From Chlorokybus atmophyticus (lineage: Eukaryota > Plantae > Mesostigma and Chlorokybus algae): a stretch of 64,000 nt of DNA. The first letter of the stretch is position 1, and the number at the start of each line of letters is the position of its first letter. The translations under genes were made by a program, and so were the position numbers. This document shows positions 13,801 through 29,400 of this stretch, one piece after another. The notes under the pieces are model-generated. The model had not been told where the DNA came from. It saw only the letters and a list, made by a program, of their open reading frames with translations, and ran no database searches. The DNA is taken from positions 655,042-719,041 of the forward strand of contig RHPI01001715.1 in the NCBI GenBank assembly GCA_009103225.1, in the 5' to 3' direction.

Positions 13801-14856
13801 TGATTCTCAGATCCACACTGTCACAGCGTAGAATTGAGGTCTGAGAGAACACAACGGGCAGGCTGCGCCCACCATCATGGCCGGAGCCGCAGGATCATGT
13901 GTAGCCGTGACCCGAATGCGATATTTATGCAGGCGTTGACCAGCGGTGATAATATCATCGTGGCAGCCTCTGCGATGAGAGCACGTCGGTCGGCACAGGC
14001 GTCCGTGCCGGTCTAACAAATTGTTGGCACAGGTCAGTGACGACACCCACTTGATGAGGTCATAAGCAAACCACTCAGCTGTCAGACCGTACGCAGCCCA
14101 GCTGCGATGCGGTCATCACCACCTGTTGTCAATGATCAGAACAACCTACGGGTGCTCAGATCGCATTCTTCTCATGATGGCCCTAGCAACAGCAGTCCCT
14201 GTGTCGGGGACAAGGCTCCATCACCCTGTCTCAGCCAACAACTCACTCTGTCGTGAATCAATGTGAATCGCCGTTGACATTCTGAATCACAATGATTCAA
14301 GAGCGCGATCCTCCTTGCTTGAATGAATCACCTCTCCCGATAAACCCGAATCGGCGCTAGCAGATCCCCCGCATCAAGCCGTCTGCCCGCCAAAAGACCG
14401 GCACCGCGCTGAATGTCCGGTTCAAAGCGTAGACCAAGGGACCGTTTAGCTGCGATAACGGCACAAGTACGCTGGATGACCGATATGGCTCCAACCGGTT
14501 CGTCGCTAACGATGCCGGTTCGGAAGTCCGAGTCCGTGCGATGGCCGTTGGACATCAGTGTCGTGAGGGGGGCGGATCGGCGCGTTCAATTTGCTACGGA
14601 TCGCCCTGGTTGTGAGTGTCTTTCAACAAACACACAGCACATCTTGACTGGGCACGACTAAGCTTACGTTTGGCAATACATTGTAGAGGCAGAACAAGTT
14701 GACGGATCAAGGTGTTTGTTGTAGGTGTTGACGTTGAGGGCGGCGGGGTGGTGTAAGCAGCTGCTTTAGCTGCTGCTGTACTGCGTGGTGTCTGCTTTGC
14801 GCAGTACGACTGTGTGTGAAGCTGGACTGCTGTAGGTGACACTTGCTGCTGCAAGA

Positions 14857-16525
14857 ATGCCGACCGTCTACACGCTGGACATCCAGGCCATGAAGCAGGG
14901 CGGAGGTGCGGGGGGAGGTTGTGGCTTGCCGTCGCCGGGGTCGTCCAAGCCCGGGAGCCCCTCAACAACGTCAGCAACGACGACGCCCTGCTCCTCGCCG
15001 GTGGTGCGGGACGACCCCACAGGAGTAGTAGCGCAGTCGGCCTGCTATGCCAGCAGGTGTGACGACGCCTCGGTATGCAGCACCGCCCCCGCCCACGACG
15101 GCGACTGCAACGCCACAAACGACGGTAACGAGGAGGAGTTCTGCTGGATTTGCATGCTCGGAGACAACGCCTGGGCTGATGAAGCTGCTGGCGAACGCTG
15201 CGGGCCACTGGTGTCAAACGTTTGCGGGTGAGCCAAGCCTTGGCTTACCTGTTTGGCCGTTGATGGTCATGATGTGTTACTACTGCAATTGGCGTGGCTG
15301 TACATATATTTTACACTATACATCGGGCAGCTGTACGCACTACTGATAAGAGTGACGCATTGTTGCACTGTGTGCTGTATGCTTTACAGAGCCTAGTACT
15401 GTTGACGCCTGAGGCTCGGTGCTTTCAAGCTGAGTGCGCTGAGAACCACAGCTTGCTGAGTCAATGATGCGTTGCATCCACACATGTGTTTCCGTGGTGT
15501 ACCTTTTTCTGTTGGCGCTAAACTTGTTGTTCTTACTTGCACAGGTGCATCTCCTCGCGAGTGCATTTGCGTTGCCTGGCCAAGTGGCAGCTGTCTCGCC
15601 TAGGCACAAAGGAAGAAACGCACTGCAGAGTTTGCAGACAGGAGCTGCCTGAATGGAGAGACACACTGTTGCCAAGGTATGTCTCTACTGCATGTTGAGT
15701 GCTGTCATCTACGTTGTAAGCCTTATCCACGGAGCATAGAGATTATATATAACTTGTACCTCCTGCTTGTATCATCAAAGGACGTCAAACTGATGACATT
15801 ACGCAAACCTGTGTATCTTACACGTCTGTTGGTGCCCTGCCTGTGAGCAGCTTGTGACATAGTTGTCTATGTTTCACAGGGACATGTCTTCAGCTCTGAA
15901 AGGGGTGGGCCAGCCTGGAATGCCCAGGACAGCTGTGATGCACATATCGTATGGTGGCCAGCGGCACTCCTTCCCCGTCACAGCCACGCGACGGGGTCTT
16001 GAGGACTTCAAGGCGCACATCAGACGGCTATGCAACGTGCCTTCTTGGTAGGTTTACCTCATATGCTGTTAGCTTGATTGTTTGTCGGACTGGCCTATCA
16101 CTGTGTCAAGGCCTAGTGTGGTGTCCAGTTCATCATATCAACTGTTGTTGATGAGAGTTGCAGAGAGTTGGAACACCTTGAGACTGGGGTTACTTCCGTT
16201 GGTCATATGTTCACTCTCTGTGTGTTACCTACTCAGGTATGAGATTCGCTTCTCTTTCTCGTATCCTGATCCCAACGGAGAGGGGACACTGCAGCTGACC
16301 GGCATCAATGCATTCTACTATGCGGTGCATCGGGCCGCAGTGGATGCTGCACTGGAGGGTATCAGCGCCACAGCCTTAATGGAGGAGGGCTCTTCGGTGA
16401 CACGACACAACTCCACTAGCGTGGATGATAGACACACTCCATTGTCTCCCACGTCTGGGTTGAGACTCGTCAAGTGGCGCAGTCAGCTCTCGCAGCGGTT
16501 GAGGCAGGTGTTCTCGCGCGCATGA
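14857..16525 (+). CDS. RING-CH (RINGv) E3 ubiquitin ligase of the green-algal type, followed by a PB1/ubiquitin-like segment
   Basis: Splicing at about 15227/15545 gives CWICM...LVSNVCG|CISSRVHLRCLAKWQLSRLGTKEETHCRVCRQELPEW (C4HC3). Further exons at about 15880-16047 and 16238-16525. Confidence 0.8.
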
Positions 16526-17998
16526 ACTTTCTATTAATGCACAATTAAGAATCGCCTAGCATCGATCATGGCACAGGTTACATAGCGCAAGTGGCTGTAG
16601 AGTTTGGGCTTAGCTCTAGGGTTAGTTAGACAGGTAGCTGTGCATATCAATTTTTGCAATGCTGTTGAACCGTTGAATTGCTATCAGTGGGTTGGGATTC
16701 AACAGTTGACAACTTCAATGCTGATAATTATCTTCTGTGATAATGACCAGTGTGTACAAAAGCTGAGCACGAGAGTGTGCACTTGCGCAGCTCAAATAGC
16801 GTCAAACTGCACTGTGCGTAACAACTGCGCAAAAAGTGGTAACTGTCAAAGCATCAACGGTGTGCATCCTGACAGGTGCTGTGATACGTCCTTCTTTGCA
16901 TATGTACAGGATATTTTCGAGGCAGTTTTGTACATGCATTATGCATAAGCACAAAAGCACATACCCAAAGAGCATGCAAGTATGATCATCCGCAACTCCC
17001 GGGCTGATATCCACTGCTGTGAAGCTAAGCACGTACTTGTACTTGTGTACCTGCATACCAGTAACACTAACACTGCCAATCACTTACCTCTGCCCAGGTG
17101 TGTTTGTTTTTGTTGTTGCCGCGGTTACTGATGTTGTTATTGTTGTTATCATGTGCTTTATCAATTCTCATGCGACAGTATATGCATATGTGTGCATTCT
17201 TTGCACCGTCTCAGAGTTGCGGAAGGTGGTATACAATTGCACTGTGCAATCACGGCCCTATCAAGTCGCTGTACCCAAACACATCACAATTTTCATAGAA
17301 ATGGCAGTGTAGGGTATCGGAAAACATCATGCAACACTCTATGCCAAACGCAAAAAAACAATAAAAACACCTAGAGCACAACACTTGATTTGCACACCAC
17401 CACCTCTAGCCTACAAGGCAGTGTGTCCCATGCCTAACCACCACATCATCGTCATGTACAATGTCCAAGCGAAGAATGACTGCTGGCTGTAGGGTACAAG
17501 GGGTGTAGCGGATTCCTCTTGTGCACATAGTCATTGGCCCCAGCGCACTAACACCAGTCGTTGGCCTTGGTACTTTGACACAACTTACTACCAAACCAGC
17601 TGTGGAAAAGTTGTTGGAAGTAACAACGGCACAACAGATAATGACACTGTATAGGCCCCAAAACAAGCACATGCAGCTTCTAGACACATGCAAGCTGGTA
17701 GGCTTGCGCCCACTTTGCAGTCACCAGCATGACAGCAAGCTGCCCAGCACGGCAATCTGTACGTTCCAAGCTAAAGGCTGCTGCACAGGTGGAGTTGTGG
17801 AAGGAATAGTCATGTGTGTCAAGAACTGCAGTGCAGACCCAAAAGTTCACAAAACGAGTATCATGTAGCAACCGCAGTTGCCGCAGGTGTTACTAACTTA
17901 GTAGAGCCTTCTCAGTAGCGTAAGCATCGGTGCTGGCGTAGTGTATGGTAGTAGTAGACAACAATGCGTTGTGCGCGAACAACAATAGGTGGTGGAAG

Positions 17999-19081
17999 CT
18001 AGTAGAAACATATCGTGTACGTTGGCCGTTTTCCTGTCTCCTGTGCAAACTTCGTCACAATCTCTTCAACCTCATCCTCCCAACTCTCGCACGCGTTCAA
18101 CTGACCAATCCAAATGTCACCTTACTCCTCTCACAATCACAACAAACAAAATAGGAAGGTATGGGAAAACAGCTGCTTACCATTTGACATAGCTGCAAGC
18201 AAAGCTGCGCCCCGTTCGCAGCCTCTTCATGATTGTCCTTCACGTCCAGATTGAGTATCAACGCAGCCTTGATGCCTGTGCTGTGTCTTGAATGCATATC
18301 TGCACGCACATCCCGGCCATCCCATAACGACACTCACCCAGCTCAACCCAACTCAACCCAAAAGATTTGCTACAAACAACTATGCAGCAAGGCAGATGAC
18401 AAACATGTAACACACCTTCGACAACAAGGTCAAAGACGCGCTCCTCAAACGTGAAAATGATGTCAAACTCGCCGTCCTTGGCATTGTCCTGCCAGCGTTG
18501 AGGAGCAAGCTTGACGGACCGATTGCGGTCCAGCATGGCCAGCAGACCATTCCTGGTGTAGCTGTCTGATACGTTAAGTAGACATGCCCTCACTGTAAGC
18601 CACCAAAAGAAACATGACCACACACAATGATCATCACACAGCAACCGTGTAGCAAATTCCACATTAATCAGGGATACAGATCGTAGTCCTTGCGCCTCAA
18701 CTCGTCGTACATGTTTGAGTACGGCGTACCGAACTTATACACGTTCGGCTCGCGTATGCTTGGCCCCGGCAACTTGACCTGCAAGTAATAATCATTCATG
18801 TAATGCAGCAGCATACTAATCCACCAGCCAGTACAGCAAGCCCACCCAAAACACACGCGCGCACAAGTGCGCGCATGTGCACGCACGCACACACGTGATT
18901 ATGCACGTTTGTTGATTGGATAGACAATGCTAGCTCTCATGAGACGCGAGCAAACAGAGACCTGGGAGCCTGTGCCGTAAGACTCGACAATCAACCCGTG
19001 CTTCGCAAGCAGCGCGTGTGCCTCCATGCTTCGGTTCTGATTGGACGCGCACACCATTGCGAACCGCCTGCCCGCGCTCAT
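17999..19081 (-). CDS. SSU72: RNA polymerase II CTD phosphatase SSU72 (5 exons)
   Basis: Catalytic VCASNQNRSMEAH, then KLPGPSIREPNVYKFGTPY, FDIIFTFEERVFDLVVE, DVKDNHEEA, ending YTICFY*. Confidence 0.97.
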
Positions 19082-19904
19082 GACTGCCGTCGTCTGCGTC
19101 GTGCGCATGAAGGACATATACATATACATCGTCAATGGTGCATACGCATGTGAACACAAGATCCATGCGTACTGAATTTACTTTGACCAGCATGGAAAAG
19201 AGCTTGCTCAACAACAAGGCACTAAAGGAACTCAACCAAGACAGTCGAAAAGTATCCAGTTTTCTGCTGTGCAAGTTGCAGGTCTGCCACAGCATAACCA
19301 AACGCTGTCAACAGCATTGCTGCAGTCAAGCTGTTGATGAATTGAGGAAGTGCCACGTGAGACAGTGTCTGGCCGTGTTCAGCAGAATCAACGCCAGCTG
19401 CCAACTCAAATTGCAGAATAGATTCGAGCTAAGGTGTTGACTGATCAATCGGGACATGCAGCAAACAAGCAGCAGCACACACGTGTTGTGCACCGTTTAC
19501 CTTGGCTAGCGCGACCTCATGCCCGGCCGATGACGATGACAAGGATGAGCAGGAGGAGGGAGGGAACGCCTTAAGCAATGAGAACCGTCGCTGTGTCACA
19601 GCTAGAGCGTTCCATCGCCGCTGTCGCCGCCGCCGCTGCCCATCCTGGTTGTGTTCACTGCGCTAACGTGTACTAGGGTTTTGGTGTAGTGATTGAGCTG
19701 GCTGCGGCGGACGTGGCGCAGGTGGAAGACAAGGAGCAGGAGGAGGAGGAGGAAGCGGTTTATAGGATTGCTGTCCGTAGATGATCCTGTGTGCACATTC
19801 TTAGTAGCCTTTGAGGCTGGAGCCTGAGACAGAATCTGGTAGAGTGGTCAGCGCAGCGTGTTTCGTCGTTGCAGGGTTGCGCAGCATTGACCTATTGCGC
19901 ATCA

Positions 19905-20292
19905 ATGGGTTACCCGCGGGGAGGGCCGACTTTCGGCAACGCCGCTGACAACTACGACCCTGCCGACCCCTACGGCGACCCCGTCGCCCTGCTCGAGCAC
20001 CGCGAGCGCCAGGCCCGAGAAGGGTAAGCTGCTCCTTGTTTGCTTGCCCTCAAACTGCAACGCCCATTGACATCATCGTTGTGGTTGTTGCTGTTCTGTG
20101 GTTGTCATGCTCCTTGTTGTTGCGGTTGCCAGATGGGTTCAAGTTGAGGCGGCGAAGCTGGTCCGGCAGCAGCTGAGAGAATGCTATTGGCGTGCCGGCG
20201 TAAACCATCACGAGGAGTGCTCGGAGATTGCCAAGAAGTACCTGGCCACCGTCAAAGGCGCTGGCTTCCGGGGCAAAGCGTCCAACCCCTAA
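19905..20292 (+). CDS. NDUFB10: Mitochondrial complex I subunit NDUFB10/PDSW (2 exons)
   Basis: DPADPYGDPVALLEHRERQARE-G|WVQVEAAKLVRQQLRECYWRAGVNHHEECSEIAKKYL matches plant/algal NDUFB10. Intron 20024-20132. Confidence 0.92.
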
Positions 20293-21099
20293 GCATACAG
20301 AGCACTGCACACATAGGAATGGGGCAGAGACTGCCATTCAGGTTTGCGCCTCAGAAGCGGTACATTTGCTGCTTAGTAGTATTGGCATTGACATGCAGTG
20401 CTTGCATTGGCACGCATGTTGCTAGTCAATGTGCTGGTTGGCAATGGTGTGCTAGAAAGGGTGTGGATTTGTTAGCAAGTATGGTTGCGGTATTGCAGCT
20501 GAGTAAAGTTGCGGTGGTTGAACTCGTTCTGTACTGGTAGGCAGCGATGCAGCTCGGCCGTGAATGCGCAGCGCAGTAACAGGTGTACAGCAGACCTTTG
20601 TTGATGCACGCGGCAATCGGGAAGCTTGGTTTTACCTTTGTCAGTGCTACTATTTTTGTCAATTGTTGGCACTTGTCTAGTGACCACAAGTGTACAAAGT
20701 TTGCAGTGCGGTACATGTGAACATGCACCGCTCCATTACATCGGATGGTGGATCTTCTGCTCTTGCAAGCAATGCGCCAAGGTGACTTGTCGGCAGTGTG
20801 CGCATACACTCGATTATTGTGGAGTGCATACACATAGAAAAGATGCAGTGATTGCAACACATCAGAGTTGTTATTTGTTATATACACCATGCGTGCAACA
20901 TGCCCGCAACCGTGCATCATAATGGCACATTAGCCACGGTTAAGCAGCAACAGTACGACAGCATACATACCAGCGTAAGCAAAGCTGCAAAAGGCTGGCA
21001 TAAACCCTTTGTTTGCTAACACACCTGCAGGGTGGCGTAAACACTTCACCTACATGCATCACCTACATGCACAAGCCGCACACGGGCAAAGTGCTAATG

Positions 21100-22700
21100 G
21101 GTGCGTTTGAGTAGGTGACTGCATGTGAAGTAACACAGTTGTATGTCTCCTCTTGTTGCTAGCCAATCGGCTGCTGCTGTAAACGAATTACCAAGCACGT
21201 GTGCAAGCATTAAGCCTAAGCAGCTGTATAAGGTTCATGCAGTCGTGCGTCATATATATATTGTCAAGTTTAAGCAAATTGAACATTTAATCATCAACAT
21301 CTATTATACAACCACTTGTGAATATCAATATCATCCAAACCTTGAATTTGTGTAATAAGTTACACCTTTATGGAATGCCTGACCATAGACCCTAGGCACG
21401 GACCAGGTGACGTATGTACTAGCCAGCAATCGCTATTTTACCTGCAGCGTGAACGGGCATGGTCAACGGTTTGGCGATAATGGAAGTGCACTTATCATTT
21501 AAATAAATTCTAGTTCTTGATTCTGTTTCGGCATGTGGCTTTGCAACAATACAACAACAACTTACATTGTTTTCCCTTTTTCAGAGTATTTTCATTCTTG
21601 TGCAATAACTTTTGTAAATAACGGCTCAATGTTTATTTTATACGTCGAAGGATACACATTATATAGGGTACATATATTGTGTATACCAATATAATGTATT
21701 GTACACATGTATATGTATATATGTATATATACATGTATATATGTGTGTGTGTGTGTGTGTAGATTTCTTTAAGAGGGTTCAAACGCATCTGTACAATTCG
21801 ATCTTTAACACGTTGTCCTTGATGAAACTTGTGGTATGAGTTATTTACTTCTCTAATATAAAAATCTATTACGTTCATGCAGCGTGTACGTTGTGAGATA
21901 CTTTTTATGCACATATGATGCAACTTGTATGCATAACAAATGTTGAGATGCATTATGTATAGACTGTTTGATAAACGTTAATGCAATGACAGCTTGTTGT
22001 ATGCACAGCAAACTCGTTAGACAATCATGCTTATATACCGTGCACTTTGCAAATAATACAAGTAAACAAAGACGCGCAAACGTTCTTGATGTGATTAGCG
22101 CTATAAGGTTTATGCACATGATGATAAATCGAGCTTAACACCATTACATCTTGTTGATTGCGCTATATATCTAAAAAATAAGCTGTGCCACATATGCGCT
22201 ATTATGCAATCCATTCGCACACTTGAAACAAGCCAGCTAGCAAGCATGACATATACCGTGCTGCCACAAAATCTTCGTAAACCAAACAATTCAACAAGAG
22301 CGCTGTATAAAATTTTATAAACTTTTTGGCATTAGGAGTTATGCATTGCAATGCCTCTATACTGGATTGCATAAGTTGGCGGGGTTTTAACGACAATAAA
22401 CCAAATTTTTGGGGCGGTGCCTTGAATAAACATTTCGTGGCACTACTGTATACCTATATACACCGGAGGGCTTGCTAGATGGTTAATGAAACTCAGTGCG
22501 AGCAAGTTGCAGTACTGTTCCATCCGTATCTGAACCGATCCATGGTTAAAAACATATAAAACATATTCAAACAGGATTACACCACATTTTGTATATATAC
22601 CAGTTGAAAACTCATCTTATGGAAATTAGCATTGTGATGGCGCATACATTTTCCACATCTCAACGTGTGTAACTGTTACATGTCATGAAACTGCGCATGA
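21100..22700. other. AT-rich decayed tract containing (TA)n/(TG)n microsatellite at about 21705-21760
   Basis: Low GC, no intact ORF with a recognisable product, microsatellite visible. Confidence 0.4.
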
Positions 22701-22711
22701 GAGACGCCGCC

Positions 22712-22754
22712 GTGACACATCAGCGCACACCCAGTGTGTGCGCTGATGTGTCAC
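22712..22754. repeat. Perfect 19-bp inverted repeat with 5-nt loop
   Basis: GTGACACATCAGCGCACAC (22712-22730) / CCAGT / GTGTGCGCTGATGTGTCAC (22736-22754). Confidence 0.95.
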
Positions 22755-23496
22755 ATCATCATGTGCGCACTGCTGACGAATTTGCCTCATCCACCCTTTG
22801 GCTCGTGCGCCCACTCACCAATCTTGCTATCCAGTGACTGCGGCCCTAAGCTTACTCGCTTGCCACCAGCGAGTAAATGCAAAACTGCTGACACAACCGG
22901 ATGAGTCCAGTCACGTCATTTGTGCAATGCAATTGTTCAATGCGTCTCGACAACGACGGGTACAACAGCTCCGTGTGAACTACTGACGTGACACAAGCAG
23001 TGGGTCGAGTGAATCAGTGTTTCACAAGGCCAGAGGCTGTCACATCGAGTTGCCAAGCGGGTGCGTGGAAGTAGCGGCGGCGGCGGCGGCGGCGGAAAAG
23101 GAGGCGGCATATTGGTGACATCGACGGTTGGTTTTGGTTGCGTGGGTGTTGAGAGGGCAGCTGAGGAGGTGCCTGCACTGGCTGTGCTGCAGCTGGACGG
23201 TTACTGTGCCGCCAGCGCTTATTTGCCATCCTTGACATGACTGGAGGTAAGCTAGCGCTAGCGCCCGGCTCGCAGGTGTGATCACAGTAGCACATTCCCC
23301 CAATCTGCGGGTGGCCAGCTGGTTGGCATTCTTGTTACAGGTTGTCTTCAACAATTGAAAGGCAAAAGCGCTAGCATACTGTAGCTGAGCACTGTTTCAG
23401 CTAACTGCAAGTGAGGCTGTGGATTGCTTGAGACACGGCTTGTGGGGCAGCTTGGGCGGGGAGGGGGTAAGCAATGGACGGGGCGGACACACTGCG

Positions 23497-26226
<2,730 letters not shown>

Positions 26227-26397
26227 AGCTGCTATGAATATGCTTTTGCAGCGGGTGTGAGCACACGTGACTTTCTCAGGTTACAGGCTTGAAGTGACAA
26301 AGACACAAGTAAAGTCTGGAGCGATTCTCAGGGACAATGCTAGCTCTGGCTGGCACGCATCCAACAGTGGCTATAAGGTTGTGTAGAGGGTCACAGC

Positions 26398-26429
26398 GTG
26401 TGTAACATATATGCAATGTTATGCATGTG
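26398..26429 (+). repeat. 32-bp direct repeat, left copy (putative target-site duplication of the PLE)
   Basis: GTGTGTAACATATATGCAATGTTATGCATGTG, identical to 30157-30188. Confidence 0.9.
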
Positions 26430-29400
26430 ACCCCATTGCATTGTGAACATGACATGCACACACACACGCACACTTGCACACGCCAGCAAACAACTTCTTA
26501 CACCACCGGGCTACCTATACAAACTAGGTAGCTACTTTCGCTAAGCCCTTGCCCCGTTAGTCCACATGCATGCGTAGTTACCTGTACACAAGTAAAGTCC
26601 CCACAGTTAGGCACCGGTGTGGCTGTAGTTGTGGCAGCAGCACAAAGCAGACGGACTCCCCCTCCCTCTGCTCTCTCGCTCTCTCTCCACCCGCCGCCCT
26701 GCTTCTCTCTTGGCAGTCTGCCCCTGCTGCTGTTGACGCTGCCAGGGTTGCAGTGTCAACGTCAGCAGTACGCAACTGCGTGCAAGGCTGTCGCGACTTG
26801 CCCGCATGGTCGTCAGTGGCTGAATGTCGCATGCTGTGCCCGTGCAGTCGGTTGTGGTTTGGGGCTGGCAGTTAGGTGCTGCGGTGGGGTTGGGTGGTGG
26901 GGTTGGAGCGACATTTGCTTCGCACGGGCAGGCTGCTTTTCCACGCAGCTTGCTCCCCGCGCATGATGCCTGTTGGGCAGTGTGTCATTGCCGGTGCTGC
27001 ACGTCTTCAGCGCTGCGGGTGTTGCTTCACCTTCACCTTCTTGACGACCATCATGTACAACAGCATTGGTGGTGTGCAATAGACGTACTCCTTGCTGCGC
27101 AGCAGCGTTTGCCTGAGGGTAGTGAGCAGCTTGTTCAAGGGGTGTCCATCACGCTGCATGGCGTGAATCAAATCTGTCATGGCTGTCAGGAAGTGTGTTC
27201 TGTAGGTACACACGCGGGTGAAGCGCGCATACTGCGAGCTGATGACACCCAGCTGCACTGTGCGCGGGGTGTTTGCGGTTGGCAACGGGGCTCGGTGGTG
27301 CGGTATCGTGCTGTAGGCTGGCAAGTCCCGTTTACTGTACAGTTTGGTACAAATGCCGTCCTTTGTTTGAAACACCTCCAAGTCCAGAAACGGCACTTTC
27401 GTACCCACAGCTGTTTGTGTCATGGTGAGGCTGTCCCGTGGGTACAAGCCTCCTCCGGGTACGTGCGGGTCCATGTAGAGCAGCCGCTCAAAGTCTGGGA
27501 CTCCCACGACGAAAAGGTCATCAATGTAGCGCAAGATGCCGGTGGCGCATCGCTGCAACAGTTGCACATGGCCCTGTTGTCGCAGGTGTTCCATAAAATC
27601 CAACTCATATGTCAGCAAGTCACCATTGGCTAAGTGCACCCCCGCACTGTTGTGCATGGGGATGCCCACTCGCTGCTTGTACAACTCATCACTCGCCGTG
27701 CGTATATACAAGTTGTCCAACAGAAATGCCAGCACGTTGTAAATCAACTCCGCAGTGAATGTTCTCCAGGTGCCTTCCTCGTCCGTCCGGTACTGTGCTG
27801 CTGCTGTCCACCGGTGCTGTACCGATCTGTCCGGGTTCACGGTCAGGTGCAAGTGTGTGGCACGGGTACGCTGGTGCTGCATGTGAAATGTGGCATTGAC
27901 CAAGCTGTGCATGCGCTCGAGCAGATATGTGTGCTGTATGCGTGTATAGCGGGTGGAGAAGTCAAAAGTCCGCAGCAACAAAGGTTGGCGCTTGTCTTGC
28001 ACTGTGCGTGTGGTGTTAAATGCGGCTTGCAATCTGCCAAAAGCTCCGGAATCCTTCATAATCCAGCTGTGGTGTACTGTTGATAGCCCCACTACTTCCT
28101 CCCACAGTTGATGCCAAATGGGTGTCATGCATTGATAGCCTCTGCTCAGCCACAAACTGGCATCCGCCAGTGAACTGTCACGCGCCGCCGCTATGAAGCG
28201 TGGTTGAGGTGGAGTCTTGTGTAGTTTGAACAACAAGTACAAGTGCGGCAGCTTGGGCTGTTGGTGTAATTTCGCAGTATAGTAGTCATGCAGTTGATTC
28301 ATCCATTGTGCATGCCGTTGCAGCACTGCCTGGGCCTGTGCATCTTCACGTTCATATGTCTCCGTCAACAATTCTTGCGTCAAACACAGCCAGTAATGCT
28401 TCCTGCATACTGCTACCAGAGTCCCAGTGCACTTGTCCACTTCTGTAATGATAAAGTCCCGATGCAGCAACTGCAAAGCTGCAGCATCCCACGGCGCCAT
28501 AGTATCCGGTGCGTGGTTTACATTTTGTCCCTGGTACTTAGGCATGGCGGTAATGGCATCCGCACGTTGGCGTACCAGCGACAGCAACGTTGTCACCCAC
28601 TGTTGCAAGACAAAAGGCAGGCCCCACTTGTTCTCTAGTTCGCTTGCAAAACGCGACACAGCAGATGTGATTGCTGGCAAACACACAGCGACGTCAGCCG
28701 GCACCTGGCTCCGGAACTTGGCCCCACGCTGCAGTATCCCGCGCAGCACGGTGGAGCATGTCACGCGGTCGTAGTCACAGCTGACTACATGGTTCAGGTC
28801 TGCATGCAGCTGGCCTCTCCACTGCGGTTGTTGACACACGCACAGCGTTGCCGACATGACCTGCACTTGCTGCAGGGCGGTCGATGCCAGGAGGTCTCTT
28901 GTGCGATTGCAGAGCATTCTTCCCACCGATTGACTACAACGCCACACCACCAGTGGCTGGCCCAGGCGTGCTTGCAGGTGTGCGGGCAGCGTTGCCAGCA
29001 GCAAGGGGTGTGATAGTAGCTTTTGCAGTTGCAGTTCATCAGCTGCGCCATTGGCAAATGGGCATGCTATCAGCAGCCTTGCACTGCGGGTTTGCGGTAA
29101 TGCAGTTGGGTAGTTGGCAAGCAGACGCGGCAGGGTTTCTGTGAGTGTAGCAGCATGACTGGGTAGCACGCGCAGGTCTTGCGGCGCTGTATGCAGTAGC
29201 ACATTCAACATCTTGCACAAGTTCAGCTGCTTGAACTTCAGCAGATTGGCAAGGGTCAGGCGCTGTTGTTGTACCCGCTCAGCCAGTCTTTGGATGCGCC
29301 TAAAGAAGTCTCTGTAGCCAAAAGTTCTGCCTGGTTGTTCATGTGGTCGTGGTTGTGGTTGTCTCCTCAACTGCTGGCGTCTCCAGTGTGGTAGTCTCGC

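Noticed and set aside
14125-14145. VVLIIDN on the minus strand, reminiscent of the pogo DDE second-Asp motif
   Set aside because: An isolated 7-residue match flanked by stops, with no TIRs or other motifs.
26824-28083. Long plus-strand ORFs (269 aa and 149 aa) opposite the PLE RT
   Set aside because: Antisense shadows of a GC-rich coding sequence with no motifs of their own.
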